This document shows, one piece after another, positions 1 to 10,097 of a stretch of 32,000 bases of DNA (position 1 is its first letter; every line of letters begins with the position of its first letter). A program made the translations under genes and the position numbers. The stretch is from Synechococcus sp. A15-24 (GTDB lineage: Bacteria > Cyanobacteriota > Cyanobacteriia > PCC-6307 > Cyanobiaceae). Below the pieces are notes generated by a model that ran no database searches, was not told the origin of the DNA, and saw only the letters and a program-made list of their open reading frames with translations. The stretch is from contig NZ_CP047960.1 of the NCBI RefSeq assembly GCF_014280195.1, forward strand, positions 660,001 through 692,000, given 5' to 3'.

Positions 1-996
1 GTTGATCAGGGGGAGCCCGTTCGCATTCCAGTTCCGGCCCTGGCGAGTGGTGCCGCCAAAGCGGGTGAGCTGCTGGCCTATCTGGATCGTCCTCGTTGGA
101 GCGTTGATGCCGCCGCAGCACAAGCGCCGAAAGCGTTGGTGGTGGTGTTGCACGGTCTGGGGGGCTCCAGTCGCCGTCAGGGTCTGCGCCGGTTGACCCT
201 CAGCCTGCAAGGGGCCGGATTTGCTGTGTTGCGGTTGAACTTGCGCGGCGCTGACCCGGGCCGGCACTTGGCCGGTGGCACCTACGCCGCTGCCTGCAAC
301 AGCGATCTGTTGCCCGTCCTCAAGCGGGCTCGCCAAATTGCCGCGTCGTTGGCGCTGGAGGGTGGTCTGCCTCAGCCGTTACCTCTCCTGGGTGCCGGGA
401 TCTCGCTGGGGGGAACGATGTTGCTGAATGCCTGTCTGGATCAAAGCGGGGCCCTGGATGCGCTGTTTTGTGCCAGCAGTCCCCTGGACCTGGCCGCCTG
501 CAGTGCATCGATCGAACGGCCGCGCAATCGCATCTACCAACGCTGGCTCCTGCAGCGACTGGTGCGTCAGACCCTTGCTGATCCCTTCGGCGTGACCCCG
601 GCTGAGGAACAACAGCTTCAGGACCATCCACCCGAGTCGATTCGTGCCTTTGATGCAGCGGTCACAGCACCACGCTGGGGCTTCGCATCGGTGGAGGATT
701 ACTACGAGGGTGCGTCACCTTTGCCGCGCTTGTTGTCGTCCTGGCAGGTCTTACCGCCGACGTTGTTGCTGCAAGCCCTTGATGATCCCTGGGTCGAAGC
801 GACGTCAGCTATACAGCTGCAATCGTCGTTGGCTGAACATCATTCCTCTGATTCAGATCAACATCTGAAGATTGTGCTGACAGCCCGTGGCGGTCACAAC
901 GGTTTTCATGGCCCGGGTGACACGCTCCGCAACGGTTGCTGGTCTGATCGATTGGCGTGTGCCTGGTTCAACAATGTCAGAACCAGGCACTCTTGA
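1..996 (+). CDS. alpha/beta-fold hydrolase, YheT-like (5' end lies outside the window)
   Basis: Frame 1 is open from nt 1 (VDQGEPVRIPVPALASG...), so the listed TTG at 136 is internal. Motifs: VVLHGLGGS, nucleophile elbow GISLGG, C-terminal GGHNGFHG. Stop TGA at 994-996. Confidence 0.75.
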   Translation, partial: VDQGEPVRIPVPALASGAAKAGELLAYLDRPRWSVDAAAAQAPKALVVVLHGLGGSSRRQGLRRLTLSLQGAGFAVLRLNLRGADPGRHLAGGTYAAACNSDLLPVLKRARQIAASLALEGGLPQPLPLLGAGISLGGTMLLNACLDQSGALDALFCASSPLDLAACSASIERPRNRIYQRWLLQRLVRQTLADPFGVTPAEEQQLQDHPPESIRAFDAAVTAPRWGFASVEDYYEGASPLPRLLSSWQVLPPTLLLQALDDPWVEATSAIQLQSSLAEHHSSDSDQHLKIVLTARGGHNGFHGPGDTLRNGCWSDRLACAWFNNVRTRHS

Positions 997-1019
997 AAAC
1001 GAATGTTCAGTGAAGTTGT

Positions 1020-2168
1020 TTAGTAATAGAAGGCTCGATCCGAGGGGTTTTGATACACAGCACCGCCACAGGCTGTAGCGACACGCCAAAGGGCACGGTG
1101 AATTGGTGTTGAGTCGTAGCGCACAAGATCTGGGAAGCGCTGCCTCAAAAGGGCTGTTCCCCGCCAGGCATTGTAGTGCGGAATAGCAGAATTGACGTGA
1201 TGGCAGACGTGGGTTGAACCGATGCCATGGTGTAAAAAGTTCAGTACAGGACCGTAGGGGCGATCAACGGTTTGAAGTGCACCTTTGGCCCAATCCCATG
1301 TTTCATTCGAGAAATGAGGGATATTGCGGTCTGTATGTTGCAGCCAGGTGTAAGTGGTGAGCCAGATATTGATCACCATATAGGGCAACCCATACAGGCA
1401 GGCAATACGAGCAAATGAAAAGTGTATTGATGCCCCAATTAAAAGTGTAATCATTGCGATCAAACCGAGGTTCGAGCGCACCATGTATTTACGGAACGAA
1501 CTTGGGAATAGGGCACGTTTGCCATTCCTAAACGCTGCATCATTCCAGAAGTGTGAAGTGGGGAAGCCATAATCTTCACCACCCGTGGCACCAAGGAACA
1601 GGTACAGCTGCCAGCCAATGATCAGATGGTTGAACAGGGAAATCAGACCAAACAGTTTTGTGTTGAGCTTTCGTTTCAGTTTTTCTGTTGCTTGCCCTTG
1701 GGGAGAGCTCTCACGAGGTGGAACATGGGTTTCCCCCCCTTCGAGATGGTTGCAATGGGCGTGGTGAACGGCATGGCTTCGAGCCCAGCTGTAATAGGGA
1801 ACCAGCAGTGCGCTGTGCAGAACAAATCCCACCACCCCTTCGACACGCCTGTTGGGATGAAAGGCGTTGTGGCCACATTCGTGGGCCAGCACCCAGCAGC
1901 CCATGGCGATGGTTCCTGTGACGGCTCCGTAGAGAATCCAGAGCGGAAGAGCTGCAAGCGTGAGCGGAATGGTTGTGCCGATGCAAACGGCTGCGATGGA
2001 GAGGCTGGCGGACATAACCAGACTTCCCCAGGCTTTATAGGGGTTGAACTTGATTAGCTCGGCCGGTAGCGCATTCAGCAGCTCACCTTTGCTTGGATAA
2101 ATCGTTGAATGACCACCTTCTGTAACGGGGGTTAGTTGTCGCGTTCGTGATGAGGTTGTAAGTGTCAA
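1020..2168 (-). CDS. desA: membrane fatty-acid desaturase, Delta12 (FAD2/DesA)-type
   Basis: 382-aa ORF with three His boxes: HECGH, WARSHAVHHAH(x)NHLEGGETHVP and THVCHHVNSAIPHYNA. These align by eye with FAD2/DesA boxes. Several TM stretches. TTG start at 2168 is uncertain. Clearly lower GC than its flanks. Confidence 0.85.
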   Translation of the reverse strand: MTLTTSSRTRQLTPVTEGGHSTIYPSKGELLNALPAELIKFNPYKAWGSLVMSASLSIAAVCIGTTIPLTLAALPLWILYGAVTGTIAMGCWVLAHECGHNAFHPNRRVEGVVGFVLHSALLVPYYSWARSHAVHHAHCNHLEGGETHVPPRESSPQGQATEKLKRKLNTKLFGLISLFNHLIIGWQLYLFLGATGGEDYGFPTSHFWNDAAFRNGKRALFPSSFRKYMVRSNLGLIAMITLLIGASIHFSFARIACLYGLPYMVINIWLTTYTWLQHTDRNIPHFSNETWDWAKGALQTVDRPYGPVLNFLHHGIGSTHVCHHVNSAIPHYNAWRGTALLRQRFPDLVRYDSTPIHRALWRVATACGGAVYQNPSDRAFYY

Positions 2169-2345
2169 ATGAGAGGTAGCGGCAGGACGACGAACGCTGT
2201 TTTTAGAATTCCTTAAGACTCTAGGCGATGGCTTTTGCCTCTGTGGATTTTTGGAATGTTGATCAAGCTGATGTCGGTGCCGCCGTCGTCTTCGTCAGTT
2301 CAGATTTTTGGTAAGAATTGACGAACTTTGTCATTGGACAAGAGC

Positions 2346-2690
2346 TCAATTCAATTGGAAAGGCGCTGTTTTGTGAATCCAATCATGAACGGGTTTGTGG
2401 TGAATAATGTGTTGATGAATGATTGCTTCGATCTTGTCGGTGGTGACATCGGTGTACCAGATTCCATCCGGCCAGACCACGAGGATCGGTCCCTTTTCGC
2501 AGATCCTTAAGCAGTCAACCTTGCTTCTGAGAACAACGCCTTCAGGACGGTCGCTGTTCTCAAGCCCTAGTTCCTTGATGAGTCGTTTGAGTTCATTCCA
2601 CGTCGCCAAGCCCGTATTCGGATCGCAGCACTTGGCTTTCGTGGGCGTGGCGCAAAGCAGCAGATGGTGGCTGACCCGCTGAACGCTCAT
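2346..2690 (-). CDS. thioredoxin-like [2Fe-2S] ferredoxin family protein
   Basis: Starts at the internal ATG (2690-2688): [22 protein letters not shown]...[21 protein letters not shown]. Cys pattern C-x8-C...C-x3-C and the GP..VV.P.G.WY signature are typical of thioredoxin-like 2Fe-2S ferredoxins. The ATG overlaps the dxr stop as ATGA. The upstream 24 codons of the listed ORF lie inside dxr. Confidence 0.7.
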   Translation of the reverse strand: MSVQRVSHHLLLCATPTKAKCCDPNTGLATWNELKRLIKELGLENSDRPEGVVLRSKVDCLRICEKGPILVVWPDGIWYTDVTTDKIEAIIHQHIIHHKPVHDWIHKTAPFQLN

Positions 2691-3931
2691 GCCGCCAGCG
2701 CTGCCAACGGGACCCGTGTGGTGCCACGCTTTACCTGTTCTCGCACGGCCATGCGGGCCCATTGATCCGCAGCCAGCACATCCTCGAGCTGGGGGTGGGC
2801 AATCAGATCAGCCTTGTGGCGCTCGCATGCCGCCTCGATCACCACAGGGATGTCGAGGAAGTGGATTTTTTCCTCGAGGAATTGAGCGACTGCTTCCTCA
2901 TTGGCGGCATTCATGACGGCCGGCATCGTGCCGCCGGCCCTCCCTGCCGCGTAGGCCAGTTGCATGCAGGGGTACTTGGCGGGATCGGGCGCACGGAAGG
3001 TCAGTTGTCCCACCTCCGTGAGATCCAACCGGCGCCATGGTGTTTCCAGCCTGGAGGGCCAGCTCAGGCAATAAAGGATTGGTAATTTCATGTCTGGCCA
3101 TCCCAGTTGGGCCAGAACGGAGGAATCAGCCAGTTCGATCATCGAGTGGATGATGCTCTGAGGGTGAATCACGATCTCGATGTGGTCGTAATCCAGGCCG
3201 AACAGATAGTGGGCTTCGATCACTTCCAGCCCCTTGTTCATCAGCGAGGCTGAATCCACCGTGATCTTGCGTCCCATGCTCCAGTTGGGGTGACTGGTGG
3301 CATCGGCCACGGTGGCATTTTCAAGGTCTTCGGCTTTCCAATCCCGAAATGCTCCACCCGAGGCGGTGAGCTGAATGCGACGCAGACCAGGGGTGGGGAC
3401 TCCTGTGGAGAGTCGGGCGTTCTCGGCCCAGGGAGTGCCTTGCAGGCACTGAAAAATGGCGGAGTGCTCCGAGTCCGCTGGCAGCAGCCGGCTGCCACTC
3501 TTCTTCAGCTCCGGCAGCACCACGGGGCCGGCCGCAATCAGCGTTTCTTTGTTGGCCAAGGCCAGGTCTTTGCCAGCGCGAACAGCGGCGAGGGTCGGCA
3601 GCAGGCCTGCACATCCCACAATCCCTGTGACGACCAGATCCGCGCTCTCCCACGAGGCTGCAATGTTCAGGCCATCGGGACCGCCCACAAGTTGCGGACG
3701 CTTTCGATCTGTGCCGAGGGCGTCGAGCCGCTGCTGCAGCTCCGGCAGAAGATCAGCATTGGCCAGGGCCACTAGCTCGGGCTGGTGACGTTGGATTTGC
3801 TGCACCAGTAAGTCAAGGTTGCGCCCTGCCGTCAGGGCCACAACGCGGAATTGCTCGGGGAATTCCTCGGCGATCTGAAGGGTCTGGGTACCGATCGAGC
3901 CCGTGGAGCCCAGCACGCTGATGGCTTTCAC
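2687..3931 (-). CDS. dxr: 1-deoxy-D-xylulose 5-phosphate reductoisomerase
   Basis: N-terminus (V)[17 protein letters not shown] from the GTG at 3931-3929 is the canonical Dxr NADPH-binding start. Full-length similarity follows ([22 protein letters not shown]). The listed ORF is over-extended by 51 codons. Confidence 0.95.
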   Translation of the reverse strand: MKAISVLGSTGSIGTQTLQIAEEFPEQFRVVALTAGRNLDLLVQQIQRHQPELVALANADLLPELQQRLDALGTDRKRPQLVGGPDGLNIAASWESADLVVTGIVGCAGLLPTLAAVRAGKDLALANKETLIAAGPVVLPELKKSGSRLLPADSEHSAIFQCLQGTPWAENARLSTGVPTPGLRRIQLTASGGAFRDWKAEDLENATVADATSHPNWSMGRKITVDSASLMNKGLEVIEAHYLFGLDYDHIEIVIHPQSIIHSMIELADSSVLAQLGWPDMKLPILYCLSWPSRLETPWRRLDLTEVGQLTFRAPDPAKYPCMQLAYAAGRAGGTMPAVMNAANEEAVAQFLEEKIHFLDIPVVIEAACERHKADLIAHPQLEDVLAADQWARMAVREQVKRGTTRVPLAALAA

Positions 3932-4010
3932 GCTGATGCGGCAGTTGGCCCAAGTCTCCCACCAAGGGCGGCGAACGCTGGCAAGCTGGTCGACAGCACG
4001 ACGAAAGCCT

Positions 4011-5330
4011 GTGGCGAAGGAGCAGTGGCGGTCTGGGCTTGGATTTGTCTTGGCTGCAGCCGGCAGCGCCGTCGGGCTCGGCAACCTCTGGGGATTTGCG
4101 TATCGCGCCTCCCAGGGCGGTGGTGGCGCTTTTCTCCTGCTTTATCTGTTGATTGTGCTGGTGGTTTGTCTGCCGGTGCTGGTGGCGGAAATGGTGCTGG
4201 GTCGCAGTACTGGAAGCAGTCCTTTGCTGGCCCCCGTGAAAGCCGGCGGTCGTCTGTGGAAACCGATGGGTTGGTTGTTCGTCCTGGCAGCCAGCGGGAT
4301 CCTGGCCTTCTATGCCGTGCTGATGGGTTGGACTGGCGCCACCCTTGTGCAGACGCTCAGTCAGGGCCTTCCCCTTGACATCGATGCCGCGAAAGCCTTT
4401 TTTGCAGGTCTCAGCGGTGGCCGGTCTGCACTGATCGGGCAGTTGCTCAGCCTGGCGGTCACCGGCGCTGTTGTCGCTGCCGGTGTGCGGGGAGGGATTG
4501 AGCGGTTGTCCCGCTGGGGCTTGCCAATGTTGTTTGTGCTGCTGATCGGCCTTGCGATCTGGGCCGCTGGCCTCGACGGTGCTGCGGAGGGTTATCGCAC
4601 CTTCCTGTTGCGCTGGGACAGTGCCGAATTGACCAATCTCACAACCATCCGCAACGCCTTCACCCAGGCCTTCTTCTCCATCGGCACGGGCATCGGCTGC
4701 ATCCTGGCTTATTCCGCCTATCTCGATCGAGAGGCCCGCTTGCCTCGGGAGGCCGTGGCCGTGGTGGGCATGGACACCGCTGTGGGCATCGTGGCTGGCA
4801 TGGTCACCTTCCCGGTGGTGATGAGCTTCGGGCTGCAGGAGGTGATCAGTGGATCCACCCTGGGCACCATCTTCATTGCCCTGCCCACAGGATTGGCCTC
4901 CCTCGGCGCTGCCGGTCAGCTGGTGGCCGTGTTGTTCTTTTCCTTGGCATTGATTGCTGCGCTTACTTCGGCGGTGTCGCTGCTGGAGGTGCCTGTGGCG
5001 TGCTTGATGGAGCAGCACTCTTGGAGCCGATCACGGGCGGTCTGGGTGTCCACAGCACTGATCTTCGTGGCCGGGTTGCCTGCCGCTACATCGATGGCTG
5101 TGCTCGGCTGGATGGACTCCGTCTTCGGCGGCTTGTTGCTGATCCTGGGAGGACTTCTGCTGGCGCTGCTGCTGGGCTGGGTTGTCCCCGGCCGGTTTCA
5201 GAAGGACCTGAGCGACTCTTCAACACCACAGCTGCAACAACGATTGCTGCTGCTAATGCTGCGCTGGGTGTCCCCCCCCGTGGTCGCGACTGGACTGGTG
5301 ATCAGTGTGGTGGATCTGCTGAAAGGCTGA
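4011..5330 (+). CDS. sodium-dependent transporter, neurotransmitter:sodium symporter (SNF/NSS) family
   Basis: [28 protein letters not shown] is the NSS TM1 signature, and the protein is multi-TM throughout. I placed the start at the in-frame GTG at 4011, which gives a LeuT-like short N-terminus and an 80-nt divergent spacer to dxr. In-frame ATGs at 3903, 3921 and 3936 are alternatives. Confidence 0.85.
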   Translation: MAKEQWRSGLGFVLAAAGSAVGLGNLWGFAYRASQGGGGAFLLLYLLIVLVVCLPVLVAEMVLGRSTGSSPLLAPVKAGGRLWKPMGWLFVLAASGILAFYAVLMGWTGATLVQTLSQGLPLDIDAAKAFFAGLSGGRSALIGQLLSLAVTGAVVAAGVRGGIERLSRWGLPMLFVLLIGLAIWAAGLDGAAEGYRTFLLRWDSAELTNLTTIRNAFTQAFFSIGTGIGCILAYSAYLDREARLPREAVAVVGMDTAVGIVAGMVTFPVVMSFGLQEVISGSTLGTIFIALPTGLASLGAAGQLVAVLFFSLALIAALTSAVSLLEVPVACLMEQHSWSRSRAVWVSTALIFVAGLPAATSMAVLGWMDSVFGGLLLILGGLLLALLLGWVVPGRFQKDLSDSSTPQLQQRLLLLMLRWVSPPVVATGLVISVVDLLKG

Positions 5331-5335
5331 TCGTT

Positions 5336-5566
5336 TCAGGCGTTGGGGTCGGGCTTGTCTTTCATCAGCTCCTGCATCTTGCGGATCCGCGTCAGCATCT
5401 TGGTCCAGACCTCAAGTCTCCAGACCTCTTCAGCGTCGCCACCCCCGGCAATCTGGGCCTGGGCCGACAGCTTGGCATCGAGATCCTCGCTGGCTTCGAA
5501 CGCCTTCATCAGCTCCATTTCCAACTTGGCGGTCTCCATGAAATTGAGGCGCTTCAGCCAGAGCAT
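5336..5566 (-). CDS. small hypothetical protein (76 aa, predicted helical, acidic)
   Basis: ORF with good third-position GC. The ATG at 5566 (MLWLKRLNFMETAKLEMELMKAFE...) avoids overlap with cysS, whereas the listed GTG at 5629 lies inside cysS. No family recognised. Confidence 0.5.
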   Translation of the reverse strand: MLWLKRLNFMETAKLEMELMKAFEASEDLDAKLSAQAQIAGGGDAEEVWRLEVWTKMLTRIRKMQELMKDKPDPNA

Positions 5567-5600
5567 GGGGAGTGTTGATGGAACCGACAGTCTGCCCGGC

Positions 5601-7082
5601 TCAGCTGCGGATCCATTCGGTGATCCCACCGGGTTTGTCGATCAGCTCAATGCCCTGGGCCGTCAGCTCGTTACGGATCCGATCGGCCTCTGCGTAATTC
5701 TTCGCGGCTTTGGCGGCCTTGCGAGCTGCGATAGCCGCATCGATGGACGCGTCGTCCAGCTTGGATTGCCCTGCAGCTTCTCCGCGCAAACCCAGAACAA
5801 CGGCAACTTCCCGCAGCAGTTGCCAACGGGGGGCAAGGTTTTGGATGTCGGCTTCGGGTAGGCCTGCCTCATCCCCACGCTCGAGTCGATTGGCCAGTGC
5901 TCGCAGGGGTTTGGCCAGGTCAAACAACACCGCCAGTGCGCCTGAACTGTTGAGGTCGTCCTCCATGGAACCGATGAATTGTTGCTCGAGGGCCTGAAGC
6001 ACCTCGTCGTCGGGACTGGTCTGAGGACCGATGGCATCCTCTGCAAGGGCCGCAGGACTGGGCCAGCCAAGCTGGTCGCTGTAGCGTTCACCCAGGCCTA
6101 AAGCGGCATTCAGCCCTTTCCATCCCGTGGCCGCGGCGTCAAGGGCCTCCGCCGTGAAGTCGAGAGGTTTGCGGTAATGGGCCTGCAGCACAAACAGGCG
6201 CAGGGTCATGGGGGAGACACCGCTCTCCAGCAGGGCGCGGATGGTGGTGAAGTTGCCTAGCGATTTACTCATCTTCTGGCCGCCCACGTTCACCATGCCG
6301 TTGTGCATCCACACGCGGGCGAGCTCTTGGCCCGTCGCCGCCTCGGACTGGGCGATTTCATTTTCGTGGTGAGGGAACACCAGATCGGCGCCACCGAGAT
6401 GGATGTCGATCGTGTCCCCCAGTTCCGCCCGCACCATGGCGGAGCATTCGATGTGCCAGCCGGGCCGCCCGTCACCCCAGGGGGAGGGGAAGCTCGGTTC
6501 ACCAGGCTTCGCCCCTTTCCAAACAGCGAAGTCGAAGGGGTGCTGCTTGCGGGCCTCCTCAGCATAAGCCACGCGACCAGCGGCGTTGTCCTGCTGTTCG
6601 CTCAGATCGCGGCCGCTGAGCTTGCCGTAGCCGGCATGCTTCATCACCGCGAAGTACACATCGCCATCAGCGCTGTAGGCCGCACCCTTCGCTTCCAGTT
6701 CGCCGATGAGTGAGCGGATGCCATCCAGACACTGGGTGGCGCGCGGCATGCGATCCGGCCTGAGAATCCCCAGTGCATCCATGTCCTGGTGGAAGGCGTC
6801 GATGTTGAGTTCGCTCACCTCGGTCATCGAGCTGTTTTGTTCAGCAGCCCGTTTGAGGATCTTGTCGTCGATGTCTGTGAAATTCTGAACGAAGGTCACC
6901 TCGAGGCCCCGCCAGATCAGGAAGCGCCGCAGCACATCCCAGTTGATGTAGCTGCGGGCATGGCCCAGGTGGCAGAGGTCGTAGACCGTCACCCCGCAGC
7001 AGTAAATGCTGACCTTGCCAGGCGTCAGAGGGGTGAACGGTTCAATGCGGCGGGTGAGGGTGTTGGTAAGCCGCAGAGACAC
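5601..7082 (-). CDS. cysS: cysteine--tRNA ligase
   Basis: 493 aa. HIGH-type motif CHLGHARSY and a KMSKS motif are present, with CysRS-wide similarity. GTG start at 7082-7080. Confidence 0.95.
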   Translation of the reverse strand: MSLRLTNTLTRRIEPFTPLTPGKVSIYCCGVTVYDLCHLGHARSYINWDVLRRFLIWRGLEVTFVQNFTDIDDKILKRAAEQNSSMTEVSELNIDAFHQDMDALGILRPDRMPRATQCLDGIRSLIGELEAKGAAYSADGDVYFAVMKHAGYGKLSGRDLSEQQDNAAGRVAYAEEARKQHPFDFAVWKGAKPGEPSFPSPWGDGRPGWHIECSAMVRAELGDTIDIHLGGADLVFPHHENEIAQSEAATGQELARVWMHNGMVNVGGQKMSKSLGNFTTIRALLESGVSPMTLRLFVLQAHYRKPLDFTAEALDAAATGWKGLNAALGLGERYSDQLGWPSPAALAEDAIGPQTSPDDEVLQALEQQFIGSMEDDLNSSGALAVLFDLAKPLRALANRLERGDEAGLPEADIQNLAPRWQLLREVAVVLGLRGEAAGQSKLDDASIDAAIAARKAAKAAKNYAEADRIRNELTAQGIELIDKPGGITEWIRS

Positions 7083-7127
7083 TGCTGAACAGAAGCTGCG
7101 GCGAGGCTACGGCGTCCTTTGCTGGGA

Positions 7128-10073
7128 CTATTTGGCCTCCATCCAGCTGGCACCGACACCGGTCTCTGCCACCAAAGGCACCGTCAGCTTCACGGCGTTC
7201 TCCATGGTGCGCACCACCGTGTCTCGGGTTGTCTCAAGAGCTTCGGGCTTCACTTCCAGCACCAGTTCATCGTGGACCTGCAGCAGCAGTCGAGCTGGGA
7301 GCCCCTGACTTGTGAGAGCCGCCTGTAACTGCACCATGGCCACCTTGATGATGTCAGCACTGGAGCCCTGAATCGGAGCATTGGCAGCAGCTCGCAGTTG
7401 CTGTGCCTCCATACCGCCGCGGCGGGCCACATCCAGATCGATCTCTAGTGGGTCTTTGCCGAGCAGTCGCCCAAGACCGTTGCGGTCGAAATGGAACGGA
7501 CGCCGCCGGCCGAGGATGGTTTCCACGTAACCGCGGCTCAAGGCGAGGCGTTCCTGCAGCTCCAGGAACGCAAACACTTTCGGGTAGCGCTGCTTGTATT
7601 TGGCCAGGAAGTCCTTGGCTTCGGCTTGGCTCACGCCGGTTTCCCTTGCAAATCGTTGAGCGCCCATGCCATAGATCACGCCGAAGTTGATCGTTTTGCC
7701 CAGCCGACGTTCATCGGCGCTCACCTCGTCTTTGTCCAACAGCAGTCGAGCTGTCAGTGCGTGCACGTCATTACCGCTGCGGTAAGCCTCCTGCAGCACC
7801 TCTTCGCCAGAGAGGTGCGTGAGGATGCGCAGTTCGATCTGGGAGTAGTCAGCACTGAGCAGCGTCCAGCCGTCCTGGGGCAGAAAGGCCTTGCGGATGC
7901 GGCGGCTGTATTCGGTGCGAACCGGGATGTTCTGCAGGTTCGGGTTGCTGCTGCTCAATCGCCCTGTGGCGGTGACGGCCTGGTTGAAGTCGGTGTGCAC
8001 ACGCCCTGTTTCCGCTTCCACCAATTGCGGTAAGGCATCGATATAAGTGCTCTTGAGCTTGCTCAGCACGCGGTGCTCCAGCACCAGGGGCACCACAGGG
8101 TGATCGTCCCCCAGCTTTTCCAGCACCGTGGCATCAGTGCTGTAACCGGTCTTGGTGCGGCGGGATTTCTTGCGATCCAGTCCCAAGGTGTCGAACAGCA
8201 ATTCCCCCAGCTGTTTGGGGGAGGCCAGGTTGAAGTCCACTCCGGCGGCTTCCTTGGCTTCGGTCTCCAAGCGCTCCAGCGTGGTTCCCATCTCCGTTGA
8301 GAGTTCCTGGAGATAGGGAACGTCAATCCGGATGCCCGTGGCTTCCATCTCCGCCAGGACTGATTCCAGAGGCTGCTCCACCTGCTCGAGCAGCTTCAGC
8401 AACGCAGGCCCCATGGCCTCCAACTGGTTGCGCAGCAGCAGCGCCAGGCGTCGGGTTACGTGCACGTCCATGGCGCAGTACTGGCTGGCTGCCTCCAGAG
8501 GCACATCAGCGAAGGTCTGTTTTTTGCCCACCAGGTCGCTGTAGGCGGTTGGTTGGAAGCCGAATTCCCGTTCCGCCATCAATTCGAGGCCGTGTTTGGC
8601 GGCGGCATCGCGCAGGTAATCCGCCAGCAGCGTGTCGATCACCACACCACTGAGGGCCAGCCCATGGCGCATCAGGATCAAGCGATCGAACTTGGCGTTC
8701 TGCAACGTTTTGGGGTGGTCTTCGCTGCCAAGCCAAGGGGCCAGAGCGGTGATCACCGTCTCTAAGGGCAGCTGAACCGGTTGGCTGTCCGCGCTTCCGT
8801 TGTGGCCGAGTGGGATGTAAGCCAGTGCGTCGAGCTCCTCACCCCAGCAGACGCCGATGCCCACCAGTTCAGCTTTGAACGGGTTTAGGTCTGTGGTCTC
8901 CGTGTCCAGAGCCACCGGAGATCCGGGATCGGTGCAGGTCATTAGGCGCTGCACCAGCCCCTGCAGGGCGGCGGTGTCCTGGATCCGCTGGGGATGCAGG
9001 GCTGGAACGCTCCCAACCGTCTCCTCTAATCCCTGATCGTTCTTGGTGGCTTTCGGCCTCGACGACGGCTGTGCCGGCGCAGCAGCTTCTGCGTTGGCGC
9101 CGTAGCCCCCTGCCGAGAAGGCTGCGACGAATCCACCCACCTGGCGCAGCAAGCTGTTGAGCTCCAGGTCCTCGAGGCAGGAACTCAGTCCTTCGGCATT
9201 CACCGTTGACAAGGGCAGACTTGGCTCCTGCGGCAGGGGAATGTCCACCAAGATCTCCGCCAGTTTTCGGGAGAGGTAAGCGTTGTCCTTGTCGTTGCGG
9301 AGTTTTCCCTTCAGGGCACCTTTGATGGCGCCGCGGCTGGCCTTCGGCCCTTCTGCCTCCACCGCTTCGAGGGTGGCGTAGACCGCATCGAGGTCGTTGT
9401 TCTCCTTCAGCAGGTTGATCGCTGTTTTGGGCCCAACGCCGCGAACGCCTGGGATGTTGTCGGAGCTGTCACCAGTGAGGGCCTTGAGGTCCACCACCTT
9501 GTTGGGCATCACGCCGAGCTTGCCCAGCACGCCCTCTTCGCGAATCAGGGTTGGGCCACTGTTTTTTGCATAGGGACCACCCCCCATGTAGAGCACTGCG
9601 ATGTCGCGGTTGTCGTCCACGAGCTGAAACAGGTCGCGGTCACCAGACAGGATTCGGACTCCCCAACCGTCATCGGCTGCACGGTTGGCAAGAGTCCCCA
9701 GAACGTCATCGGCTTCGTAGCCCGGCGCCATGCACAGCGGTAGGTCCAACTGTTGCCGCAGGATCTCCTGAAGTTGATCCAGATCCTGAAAGAACACCTC
9801 CGGCGCCACGTCGCGGTGTGCCTTGTAGTTGGCATCCGCCTTGTGGCGAAAGGTCGGTTCCGCCGTGTCGAAGGCGATGGCCACACCCTCTGGTTTCAAT
9901 GATTTTCCCGTGTCCAGAAGGGATTTGAGGAAGCCGTAGGTAACGCTGGTGGGGCGGCCGTCCTTGGTGGCCAGGCCCCCTTCGCCGCCTTTGCTGAAGG
10001 CATAGAAGCTGCGGAAAGCCAGGGAATGACCGTCCACAAGCAAAAGAAGGGGCTTCGTGGAGGCCTCAGGCAT
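7128..10073 (-). CDS. polA: DNA polymerase I
   Basis: 981 aa. 5' nuclease N-terminus (LLLVDGHSLAFRSFYAF), 3'-5' exonuclease block (ALDTETT), and pol motifs (DYSQIELR, INFGVIYG, QVHDELV). Confidence 0.97.
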   Translation of the reverse strand: MPEASTKPLLLLVDGHSLAFRSFYAFSKGGEGGLATKDGRPTSVTYGFLKSLLDTGKSLKPEGVAIAFDTAEPTFRHKADANYKAHRDVAPEVFFQDLDQLQEILRQQLDLPLCMAPGYEADDVLGTLANRAADDGWGVRILSGDRDLFQLVDDNRDIAVLYMGGGPYAKNSGPTLIREEGVLGKLGVMPNKVVDLKALTGDSSDNIPGVRGVGPKTAINLLKENNDLDAVYATLEAVEAEGPKASRGAIKGALKGKLRNDKDNAYLSRKLAEILVDIPLPQEPSLPLSTVNAEGLSSCLEDLELNSLLRQVGGFVAAFSAGGYGANAEAAAPAQPSSRPKATKNDQGLEETVGSVPALHPQRIQDTAALQGLVQRLMTCTDPGSPVALDTETTDLNPFKAELVGIGVCWGEELDALAYIPLGHNGSADSQPVQLPLETVITALAPWLGSEDHPKTLQNAKFDRLILMRHGLALSGVVIDTLLADYLRDAAAKHGLELMAEREFGFQPTAYSDLVGKKQTFADVPLEAASQYCAMDVHVTRRLALLLRNQLEAMGPALLKLLEQVEQPLESVLAEMEATGIRIDVPYLQELSTEMGTTLERLETEAKEAAGVDFNLASPKQLGELLFDTLGLDRKKSRRTKTGYSTDATVLEKLGDDHPVVPLVLEHRVLSKLKSTYIDALPQLVEAETGRVHTDFNQAVTATGRLSSSNPNLQNIPVRTEYSRRIRKAFLPQDGWTLLSADYSQIELRILTHLSGEEVLQEAYRSGNDVHALTARLLLDKDEVSADERRLGKTINFGVIYGMGAQRFARETGVSQAEAKDFLAKYKQRYPKVFAFLELQERLALSRGYVETILGRRRPFHFDRNGLGRLLGKDPLEIDLDVARRGGMEAQQLRAAANAPIQGSSADIIKVAMVQLQAALTSQGLPARLLLQVHDELVLEVKPEALETTRDTVVRTMENAVKLTVPLVAETGVGASWMEAK

Positions 10074-10097
10074 GGCGGAAATCAGAGTGGACGGAGA

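Noticed and set aside
2228-2314. 28-codon ORF (MAFASVDFWNVDQADVGAAVVFVSSDFW) in the desaturase upstream spacer
   Set aside because: It is too short, matches no recognisable family and has no ribosome-binding signal. It most likely arises by chance in an AT-rich promoter region.
3932-4084. 51-codon upstream extension of dxr. Likewise 11199-11444 for the HlyD-type gene and 11179-11316 for ychF.
   Set aside because: Canonical N-termini ([19 protein letters not shown] plus [17 protein letters not shown]) start at internal start codons. The extensions would overlap the divergent neighbour.
3813-5018. 401-aa minus-strand ORF opposite the SNF transporter gene
   Set aside because: The translation is low-complexity and rich in His, Gln, Arg and Gly, with no recognisable domain. 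It is fully antisense to a gene with clear NSS motifs. This is a typical shadow ORF of a high-GC coding region.
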